Shown piece by piece: positions 10,085-17,724 of a DNA stretch of 64,000 nt (position 1 is the first letter of the stretch; each line of letters opens with the position of its first letter). A program made the translations under genes and the position numbers. Under the pieces are notes generated by a model. The model saw nothing but the letters and a program-made list of their open reading frames with translations. It was not told the origin of the DNA and searched no databases. The DNA comes from Muribaculum sp. (GTDB lineage: Bacteria; Bacteroidota; Bacteroidia; Bacteroidales; Muribaculaceae), in NCBI RefSeq assembly GCF_029051885.1, contig NZ_JAIDKI010000037.1, positions 2,456-66,455 on the forward strand, read 5' to 3'.

Positions 10085-10255
10085 ACGATATTCAACGGTC
10101 AGGCTCCCGACCGTACCAACATACAGTCAAGAGCCTGACCATCTAAGGATTAAAAAGATTGGGTTAAGTAAACACGTATAGGCTGCATTTTTAGATTTAA
10201 TCACATATTTTTTCACAGACATTTTCAAATATCCATAAACAACGCAACCTATTCG

Positions 10256-10294
10256 GCTCCGCTTCTGTGTGACACAGAGGCGGAGCTTTTTTTT
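10256..10294 (+). terminator. Rho-independent terminator after the PL1 pair
   Basis: GCTCCGCTTCTGTGT / ACACAGAGGCGGAGC stem with one mismatch, followed by T8 (10287-10294). Confidence 0.85.
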
Positions 10295-10393
10295 GCCGCA
10301 CGATATTGTCGGGTGAAACGCACAACACAAATAAGCACATGTTTACACACATGCTTAAACATGAGCTTATTTTGTACTAACAGCTATTTTCCG

Positions 10394-10401
10394 TAACTTT
10401 G
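10394..10401 (+). promoter_or_regulatory. Candidate -7 box TAACTTTG upstream of the 1444-aa gene
   Basis: Exact TAnnTTTG match 64 nt upstream of ATG 10465. Confidence 0.5.
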
Positions 10402-10464
10402 CACCTTTAAAATTGTGTATATCATCGCAATATACTTCCAATCATTATTCACTTAAATTATTTA

Positions 10465-13400
10465 ATGAAAAAACTTGTTACTATGTTGGCGGCTCTCTAT
10501 GCCGCAGGAATCTCTATTCCATCGCTTGCTGCCGACACATCCACTACCGTGCCACAGATGAAAGGCATGGTAATCTCGTCGCAGGATGAAACCCTGACCG
10601 GACTGTGGACGCTTCCCGTCACAGACGGCGGAACATGGCAGATGGATATCGCCATGGATCCCGGATACGCATCGTTCTACAACGGAATAATGTACGGCGA
10701 CGTATATTATGCCACCCGATGCAATGCCCAGTATGGCACAATCGTTTATGTCGATGCATATTCGATGACCGACGGCAGCAAACTCTGGACCAATTATCCC
10801 AAACTGACAGCCCTCCCCTACGACCTGACACTGAATCCCTACGATGACAAAATCTACGGATTCTTCTCCAACGAGAAAAATACAGGCATGGTGCTCGCTA
10901 CCATCACCTACGACAAGGCCGGAGAGACCGTAACCCCCATCCGCGAAATGGATGGTAACTGGATTGCAATCGCAGCAGCCCCATCGGGACAGCTCTACGG
11001 CATATCCTCTGACGTGGAGATATACGGCACATCGGTAAAAGTCAACTCCTCGTCGCTGCACAAAATCGACCGCCTCACCGGAGAGACTACCCTCGTCGGA
11101 GAGACCGGTCAGCTCCCGCTCATCACCGGCTCGGCCACAATCGACCCGCGCTCCGGACGCATGTTCTGGACTGTAGGTCCCGGCGGTGCCCAGACATATC
11201 TCTGCGAAGTCGACCTCAACACCGGAAAGGCCACAAAACTCATGGACTTCGCCGCAGGGCGCCAGGTGGTGGGCCTCTACGTACCCACTCCTCCCGCCGA
11301 GGATGACGCTCCGGCCGCAGTGACCGGCGCCGAAACCTCATTCGACGGAGGCTCGCTCACCGGTTATGTCAGCTTCACCGCCCCGTCATCGCTCTACGAC
11401 GGCACTGAGGCCTCCGGAGAGATTTCATATACAATCCTCTGCAACGGCAGCGAGGCTGCAAAGGGCACCACATCATTCGGAGCCGACACAAAGGCCGAGA
11501 TAACCGTTGCCGAGCGCGGAAAATACACCTTCACCATCTTCGTGGCCAACGACAAAGGCTCATCGCCCAAGGTGACTGTCGACAAGTTTGTGGGCTTCGG
11601 CACACCGAAAGCACCCGAAGGTGTGGCTGCTGAAAACTCCGACGGCACAATTTCCGTGTCATGGAATCCCGTAACAGAGTCAGCCGACGGCGGATACATC
11701 GACGCTGCCTCACTTACCTACACCGTGACACGCATCCCCGGCGATGTAGTGATAGCACGTAACGTCACCGCCACATCCGTGACCGACACCCCCGACGCCG
11801 CTGCCGGAATGCAGGCCTACAGCTATACAGTCATCGCCGACAACCACTCATACGTATCGGCTTCCACCGAATCCAACAAAGTGGTATGCGGCAATCCCGT
11901 GCTCCCCTGGACCGAGGAGTTCGGCTCGCCCGAATCTATCGGATTCTTCACTGTAGTCGATGCCAACGGCGACGGCAAGACATGGGAATATGCATCCGGT
12001 CTCGTACGCGTGAAGTACGGCACAGTCACCATGGACGACTGGCTGATATCGCCCCCGCTCATGCTTGAGGCCGGCAAGCTGTATCGCGCCACCTTCAAGG
12101 CTCGCAGCTCCAACTCGCGCTACCCTGAAAAAATCGAAGCAAAATGGGGTGCCGGCGCTACTCCCGCCGACATGACATCGACACTCGTCGAGCCTGTGAC
12201 ACTCTCAGGCGACTTCGAGACATTCGGCGACTTCATAGCACCTGCCACTTCAGGCACATACCACATCGGTCTGCACGGTATATCCGATGCCGACATGTAC
12301 AACCTCGAGGTGTGCATGATATCGGTGGAGACCGGCATAAACGCCGGTGCACCCTCACGCCCCACCGAGCTTACCGTAACTTCCGACGCCGGCGGTGATT
12401 ACAAGGCCACCGTGTCATTGAAGGCACCCACTACCGACATGAGCGGAAGCGCCATCTCGGCAATCGACCGCATTGAGCTGAGCCGCGGCGAGACCCTCGT
12501 GCATACATTCACCTCTCCGGCTCCCGGCGCCATCCTCACCTACGATGATATCCTCGAGCAGGGTGGCGACTATACCTATCGCGCCGTTGCCTTCAAGGGC
12601 GAGGATGCCGGACCCGAAGCCACTCTGACTGCCTTCATCGGCACTCCGCTGGCAGCCGATCCCGCATCGGTAGCCATATCCGAGGCCTCCGACGGCGAGA
12701 TTACACTGTCGTGGGACGAGGTATCCGTCTCTGCCGACGGCAATGCCATCAATCCCGCCCGAGTGCGCTACAACATTTACGACGTCAACGCTTACGGAGA
12801 GCTGGTGGCTGAAAACGTGTCAGGCACTTCATTCACATTCACAGGTGTGGAGGCCGGCACCCAGAAGTTTGTACAGTACTCCGTTTCGGCTGTGACCGAC
12901 CGCGGCGAGAGCGGAAAGACTATGACCAAGAGCATCCCCGCCGGTACTCCCTACAAGGAGCTCCATGAATCATACCCCGGAGGCCGCGCGTCGACAATCT
13001 ACCTTACCGAGCGCATCAACTACGGCAACTGGGCGCCCCAGGCCGATGACAGCGACGTTACCTCACAGGACGGCGACGGAGGTCTGATGACCATGAACGG
13101 ATATTTCGCCGGATACTGCGGAGCGATGATGACCGGCAAGATTAGCCTGGCCGACATGAAAGCCCCCATCCTGCGATTCTACAGCTATACTCCCGACAAC
13201 GACCAGGCCGACCTCAATCCTCTGGCTGTAGCCGTGAGCGCCGACGGCGGCGAATGGACCGAGATTTTCAACAAGACTGTAGTTGAAATCGGCCAGACAC
13301 GCGGATGGCATGAGGTAATCGTGTCGCTCGCCGAATATGCCGGACGCAACATAAGCCTGAAGTTTACCGCAACCACCCACGACCGCCCCTACATAGCCAC

Positions 13401-14799
13401 ATATATCGACAATATCAATGTAGAGTCGATGGCCGGTATCGACCTTGAGGTTAAGGCTATCAGCGCGCCTGCCCATGTAAGAGGCGGCGAGCAATTCAAG
13501 ATTGCTGTCGACATCGCCAACAACGGCGCTGAAAATGCCGCCGACTACATCGTAGAGCTTTATGCCGACGGCGACCTTTATGACATTGTCGACGGAGATG
13601 CCATACCCTCTCTCGGAAGCGGCTCTGTGGAATTCACCGCCACCATGAGCCCGCTTGCCGATAAGGCTATCGCCTTCAAGGCTATCGTGTCGCACACCGA
13701 CGACACCACCAACGACAACGATGCGTCGGAGACTCTGACCGTGACTCCTATGGTGTCGCCCCTCCCTGCCCCGACAGCCCTGGCCGCCATCAAGTCGACC
13801 GACGGCAGCGTGGCCCTCACCTGGAAAGCTCCCGAAGTAGCGACAACCCCCGCATCGCCCGTCACCGACGACTTCGAGTCGACCGAGGCGTGGAGCCACT
13901 ATGCCGAAGGATGGGCCATGAGAGACCTTGACGCATCGGCCATATGCGGTTTCGGCGAAGTCGACCTCCCAGGCATCGACGCCGGAAAGACCCTCGCATC
14001 ATTCTTCATGTTCAGCGCTACCGGCATGTTTGAAGGCAACAAATACCTGAGCCCCCACTCAGGCAAGCAGTATCTCGCCGCATTCGCCCGCTACGACAAC
14101 GGCACTACCGACGACTGGGCCATTTCGCCCGAGCTCAGCGGCGACGCTCAGACCGTATCGTTCTACGCCCGCAGCTACAGCGCCGACTATCCCGAGCGTA
14201 TCGAGGTACTCTACTCCACCGGCTCGCTCAATCCTGCCGACTTCACCGCCACCGGCTTCTCAGTCGACAAAGTGCCCGGTTCATGGACACTCTACCAGGC
14301 CGACGTGCCCCAGGGAGCCCGCTACTTCGCCATCCGCTCTTGCGCTACCAACTCGTTCATGCTGATGCTCGACGACGTCACCTTCACTCCCCTTTCGTCA
14401 TACGGAATGGAAGTGACAGGCTACAATGTGTACCGCGACGGCCGGCTTGTCAACGACACACCTGTCGCCTCCACATCCTATACCGACAATGTCGACAGCC
14501 CCGACTCACACCTCTGGACTGTGACAGCACTCTACGGTGAGCGAGAGTCGAAAGGCTCCGAAACAGTCGGTGCAGGCACCTCGGCGATAGATACACCCTC
14601 GGCCGATGACATCGTAATCCGTGCCGAGGCCGGACGCATCGTAATCACCGGATGCGAAGGCCTCCCCGTCATGGTATCGGCTGCCGATGGCCGTGTCATA
14701 TACAACGGCCGTGGCGAGGCTGTGACTGAAATCAGCGTAGGCGCCGGAGTCTATGTCGTGAAAGCATCATCCGAAGTGGCCAAGCTCGTAGTACGATAA
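10465..14799 (+). CDS. Large T9SS-sorted surface/adhesin-like protein (propeller-like N-domain, FN3/Ig repeats, two choice-of-anchor-J/cleaved-adhesin-like domains, CARDB-like domain); function unknown
   Basis: 1444 aa with signal peptide MKKLVTMLAALYAAGISIPSLAA. Two segments carry the DDWLISP/DDWAISP...YPE(K/R)IE signature (GKTWEYASG...DDWLISPPLMLEAGKLYRATFKARSSNSRYPEKIEAKWG and TTDDWAISPELSGDAQTVSFYARSYSADYPERIEVLYS). CARDB-like segment IDLEVKAISAPAHVRGGEQFKIAVDIANNG. FN3-like segments include YNVYRDGRLV. The long C-terminal sorting domain ends in GVYVVKASSEVAKLVVR. Confidence 0.8.
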   Translation: MKKLVTMLAALYAAGISIPSLAADTSTTVPQMKGMVISSQDETLTGLWTLPVTDGGTWQMDIAMDPGYASFYNGIMYGDVYYATRCNAQYGTIVYVDAYSMTDGSKLWTNYPKLTALPYDLTLNPYDDKIYGFFSNEKNTGMVLATITYDKAGETVTPIREMDGNWIAIAAAPSGQLYGISSDVEIYGTSVKVNSSSLHKIDRLTGETTLVGETGQLPLITGSATIDPRSGRMFWTVGPGGAQTYLCEVDLNTGKATKLMDFAAGRQVVGLYVPTPPAEDDAPAAVTGAETSFDGGSLTGYVSFTAPSSLYDGTEASGEISYTILCNGSEAAKGTTSFGADTKAEITVAERGKYTFTIFVANDKGSSPKVTVDKFVGFGTPKAPEGVAAENSDGTISVSWNPVTESADGGYIDAASLTYTVTRIPGDVVIARNVTATSVTDTPDAAAGMQAYSYTVIADNHSYVSASTESNKVVCGNPVLPWTEEFGSPESIGFFTVVDANGDGKTWEYASGLVRVKYGTVTMDDWLISPPLMLEAGKLYRATFKARSSNSRYPEKIEAKWGAGATPADMTSTLVEPVTLSGDFETFGDFIAPATSGTYHIGLHGISDADMYNLEVCMISVETGINAGAPSRPTELTVTSDAGGDYKATVSLKAPTTDMSGSAISAIDRIELSRGETLVHTFTSPAPGAILTYDDILEQGGDYTYRAVAFKGEDAGPEATLTAFIGTPLAADPASVAISEASDGEITLSWDEVSVSADGNAINPARVRYNIYDVNAYGELVAENVSGTSFTFTGVEAGTQKFVQYSVSAVTDRGESGKTMTKSIPAGTPYKELHESYPGGRASTIYLTERINYGNWAPQADDSDVTSQDGDGGLMTMNGYFAGYCGAMMTGKISLADMKAPILRFYSYTPDNDQADLNPLAVAVSADGGEWTEIFNKTVVEIGQTRGWHEVIVSLAEYAGRNISLKFTATTHDRPYIATYIDNINVESMAGIDLEVKAISAPAHVRGGEQFKIAVDIANNGAENAADYIVELYADGDLYDIVDGDAIPSLGSGSVEFTATMSPLADKAIAFKAIVSHTDDTTNDNDASETLTVTPMVSPLPAPTALAAIKSTDGSVALTWKAPEVATTPASPVTDDFESTEAWSHYAEGWAMRDLDASAICGFGEVDLPGIDAGKTLASFFMFSATGMFEGNKYLSPHSGKQYLAAFARYDNGTTDDWAISPELSGDAQTVSFYARSYSADYPERIEVLYSTGSLNPADFTATGFSVDKVPGSWTLYQADVPQGARYFAIRSCATNSFMLMLDDVTFTPLSSYGMEVTGYNVYRDGRLVNDTPVASTSYTDNVDSPDSHLWTVTALYGERESKGSETVGAGTSAIDTPSADDIVIRAEAGRIVITGCEGLPVMVSAADGRVIYNGRGEAVTEISVGAGVYVVKASSEVAKLVVR

Positions 14800-14830
14800 G
14801 CTACAGTTACCGCTACAACAACCTCATTCC

Positions 14831-14872
14831 GCATCCCCGGAGCGTACCCTGCGCCCCGGGGATGCTCTTTTT
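14831..14872 (+). terminator. Rho-independent terminator after the 1444-aa gene
   Basis: GCATCCCCGG (14831-14840) pairs with CCGGGGATGC (14856-14865), followed by TCTTTTT. Confidence 0.85.
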
Positions 14873-15080
14873 ATCAATATGAGTTTTTTATGTTATAAAG
14901 CACTAAAATAAACTTTTACACCTCTTGCGATAAAATTTCACCCCTTTAAGGGTCACTCTGCTACTAACTTAGCGGTCGGAAAACCTATCCGAAATATCCG
15001 TCATTCCCCTATGCTTTTTCCGACGGAATACCAGTAACCACAGCAATCCAAATTAAAAGATTAACCACAGATAAGTTATC

Positions 15081-16496
15081 ATGAAGAAAACTTTACTTCT
15101 TTCAGCAGCCCTTCTCGCAATGGGCTTCGCTTCTGCCCAGACAGTGCAGGACATCAACACTAATCCTCTGAAGCTCGGCGGCGAATACAGCAAATGTGTC
15201 GCTGTATATCCCCGTGTGCCCGCTACAGCCGATGAGAAACTTCCCGATCCCTCTATCGACAAAAACCGCTATGCATGGGAACAGCAGCAGGAAGTTGTTG
15301 AGCAGACCGCTGATTTCTGGGAAGGAGACTACATGGATCTCAAAATCAACAACACAAAGGAATCGCAGTACATCCTCCACTTCCAGTATGCTGTAAAGAC
15401 CGACGGTGCAAACATCGTGTTTGAGCTTTACAACGGCGAAGACCTCGAGCGTGCACTCGACCCCATCTACCTGGCTAACGAGAAGAGCAACTGGAACGCT
15501 CTCTACGACGCAATGGCATTCTTCGACGAGGAAATCCCCGAAGGCGAATACACCCTCCGCGTCACCTTCCACCACGACAACACCAAGGAGACCGCCAACC
15601 TCGCCAACTTCTGGTTTGAGGCCAAGGACCAGATTAAATACTTCTCTCTGTTCACCGGTGTATATCCCGAACAGGCAGGTACAATAAAGGTATCTCCCGC
15701 CGCCAACAACTATCTTGAAGGCACAACCATCAGCATCACTGCCACTCCCAGCGCAGGTGACGACGACACAACCTACAAGTTTGTCAACTTCACCAACGAT
15801 GACAACGGCGACGAATACACCACCAACCCCTACTCCTTCGAAATCTTCGAAAGCATGTCGATTACAGCCATGTTCGAGGCAGTAAGCTCTGTCAACAACA
15901 TCCCCGGCACTATCGACCTCAACACCAAGAAAATCGGTGGCGTGAAGGAAGAGAGCAAGGCTGTGTCGCTCGACGGTGAGTCATATCTCGATGGCGAAGT
16001 GGTATCCTACCTCTGCAACTACACCGCCAACAAGTCGGAGCAGTTCATCCTCAATGTAACAAAAGCCGGCAACTACACCCTCGTATGCCCCACTGCTACC
16101 AAGCAGGAGGCCGCCAACATCGAATTCAACATCTTCGACAAGGCTGCTTACGACGCCGACCCCACCGTTGCTCCTGAAGCTACATTCAACATCGCCGCTG
16201 AAAAGACCGGCAATTGGCAGAAATTCGTCACCAACAAGATTGACAACATCAACCTCACCGAGGGCAAGAAACTCATGACCCTCAAGTTTACCGAAACTGT
16301 AGCCAACAAGTACACAGCCAACGTACTCTACATGAGCTTCGGCATCGGCGACGACTTCGGCACCAACGCCATCGAGGATATCGAGATTGAGGACGCTGAC
16401 GCTCCCGTCAAGGCTTACAACCTCCAGGGTATCCCCGTAAATCCCGAGGTTGCCAAGGGCCTCCTCATCATCAACGGCAAGAAAGTTGTCAAGTAA
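15081..16496 (+). CDS. Secreted non-catalytic carbohydrate-binding-like protein (two CBM6/35-like beta-sandwich segments plus a Listeria/Bacteroides-type repeat) with a T9SS tail
   Basis: 471 aa with signal peptide MKKTLLLSAALLAMGFASAQ. CBM-like segment with TGNWQKFVTNKIDNINLTEGKKLMTLKF. Repeat-like segment GTIKVSPAANNYLEGTTISITATPSAGDD. Tail VKAYNLQGIPVNPEVAKGLLIINGKKVVK. No catalytic motif recognised. Confidence 0.7.
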   Translation: MKKTLLLSAALLAMGFASAQTVQDINTNPLKLGGEYSKCVAVYPRVPATADEKLPDPSIDKNRYAWEQQQEVVEQTADFWEGDYMDLKINNTKESQYILHFQYAVKTDGANIVFELYNGEDLERALDPIYLANEKSNWNALYDAMAFFDEEIPEGEYTLRVTFHHDNTKETANLANFWFEAKDQIKYFSLFTGVYPEQAGTIKVSPAANNYLEGTTISITATPSAGDDDTTYKFVNFTNDDNGDEYTTNPYSFEIFESMSITAMFEAVSSVNNIPGTIDLNTKKIGGVKEESKAVSLDGESYLDGEVVSYLCNYTANKSEQFILNVTKAGNYTLVCPTATKQEAANIEFNIFDKAAYDADPTVAPEATFNIAAEKTGNWQKFVTNKIDNINLTEGKKLMTLKFTETVANKYTANVLYMSFGIGDDFGTNAIEDIEIEDADAPVKAYNLQGIPVNPEVAKGLLIINGKKVVK

Positions 16497-16544
16497 TCAG
16501 AAATCCCAAATAGCTGCGTGAGCAGCCTTGCAATTCGTAATCCT

Positions 16545-16578
16545 GAGCGCGGATCCCCATACGGTCCGCGCTCTTTTC
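16545..16578 (+). terminator. Rho-independent terminator after the 471-aa gene
   Basis: GAGCGCGGA (16545-16553) pairs with TCCGCGCTC (16565-16573), followed by TTTTC. Confidence 0.85.
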
Positions 16579-16748
16579 ATATACCGATATGCTGATTATC
16601 GTGTGTCTGCTGCAAGTTAGCAAAGTTATTATGTTATCTTTACAGCGTTAAGCCAATGGACAATGGAAAAGGGCGCGGAACTTATCCGCATTGCATTAAC
16701 CGGCGTTAGAACAACTTAACCGTAAATAATATCGCCAAACTCTAAAAA

Positions 16749-16756
16749 TAAGTTTG
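16749..16756 (+). promoter_or_regulatory. Candidate -7 box TAAGTTTG with no ORF downstream (possible small-RNA promoter)
   Basis: Exact TAnnTTTG match. A terminator-like hairpin follows about 60 nt downstream (16813-16844). Confidence 0.3.
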
Positions 16757-16812
16757 CAGTTTATTTTTGAAATAGTTTGTTGGCTTAACTTTTACAACAA
16801 CAGCACCTCCGC

Positions 16813-16844
16813 CACTCGCAAACATTGCGAGTGTATTTTATTTT
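16813..16844 (+). terminator. Terminator-like hairpin plus U-tract in noncoding DNA
   Basis: CACTCGCAA (16813-16821) pairs with TTGCGAGTG (16825-16833), followed by TATTTTATTTT. No CDS ends upstream of it. Confidence 0.55.
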
Positions 16845-16942
16845 AGGATATATCGAAAGGTGTTCCGTCACTCGATTCCACAAAAATGCATATGGCATGC
16901 TAAAAAATCATGTCCAAATTTGCATATTACAACGTTTAGTTA

Positions 16943-16950
16943 TATCTTTG
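16943..16950 (+). promoter_or_regulatory. Candidate -7 box TATCTTTG upstream of the M15 peptidase gene
   Basis: Exact TAnnTTTG match 34 nt upstream of ATG 16984. Confidence 0.5.
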
Positions 16951-16983
16951 CATCGAAAACACAACACATATCATTTTATTACT

Positions 16984-17415
16984 ATGAATAAAAACACGAT
17001 TATCGCCCTATCGGTAGCAGCTACCGAGGCAGCAGTGCCGCTCGACGCCAAAGAGGCGGCATCCCACTTCACAATCCGCGAACTGACACAATCGGCCACG
17101 GCCACACGGCTCGGCATCAACAACACCCCGCCTCCACAGGCCGTAGAAGCCATGCACAGGCTTATCAACGACGTACTTGAGCCGGCACGCGCCCTGCTGG
17201 GCTCTCCAATATACGTAAACAGCGGCTACCGCTGCAAGGCACTCAACACAGCTGTCGGTGGCGCCGAACGCTCCTACCATCTCGCAGGGCGTGCAGCCGA
17301 CCTCACTACAGGAACCATCGAAGGCAACCGACGTCTCTACGCAATATTGCGCACACTGCCCCACCGCGAGCTCATATTCGAGCGCGGAGGCATATGGATA
17401 CATGTTGCCTGGTAA
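16984..17415 (+). CDS. Peptidase M15 family metallohydrolase (D-Ala-D-Ala carboxypeptidase / endolysin-like fold)
   Basis: Start moved from track start 16825 to ATG 16984 (MNKNTIIAL...). SGYRCKALNTAVGGAERSYHLAGRAADL contains the H-x6-D zinc-ligand pattern, and the terminal GIWIHVAW supplies the second His. 143 aa. Confidence 0.8.
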   Translation: MNKNTIIALSVAATEAAVPLDAKEAASHFTIRELTQSATATRLGINNTPPPQAVEAMHRLINDVLEPARALLGSPIYVNSGYRCKALNTAVGGAERSYHLAGRAADLTTGTIEGNRRLYAILRTLPHRELIFERGGIWIHVAW

Positions 17416-17595
17416 GTAACTGGTCGAAATTATTTTAATGTTTATTCGAGTGAAATTTTTAGAAGATTTTACTCGATGAAGAAGGAGTGTAGCGAGCTAC
17501 ACGACTGATGAAGAGAGGAAAAGATTCAAAAATTTTGCCGAAGAAACATCGAAATAATCAGGCCGGTTAATATAAAATAATTTAGAACAGTTACT
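17415..17595 (+). repeat. MITE-like palindromic element, long copy (181 bp), flanked by TA/TA
   Basis: Terminal inverted repeats AGTAACTGGTCGAAATTATTTTA ... TAAAATAATTTAGAACAGTTACT match at 21 of 23 positions. Flanking TA sits at 17413-17414 and 17596-17597. The first 53 nt (counted from the A at 17414) are identical to the reverse complement of 43962-44014. The element is AT-rich and overall forms a long imperfect hairpin. The upstream TAA stop (17413-17415) is built from the TA flank plus the first element base. Confidence 0.85.
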
Positions 17596-17724
17596 TAGAT
17601 ATTCCCCCTATCGCAGGCGTCAATGCCTGCAATCTTATACAAAAACACAAACTATACTATAATGAACACACAATCACAGGCGCGATATATGCGCCGTCAC
17701 CCCGGCAGACCACTGCCCGGCGGA

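Noticed and set aside
17476-17571. Mini-ORFs inside the long MITE copy (MKKECSELHD, 10 aa, and MKRGKDSKILPKKHRNNQAG, 20 aa), preceded by an AAGGAG-like string
   Set aside because: They are absent from the short copy because they lie in the deleted centre. Bacteroidota do not rely on Shine-Dalgarno pairing, and the peptides have no known features. Most likely fortuitous.
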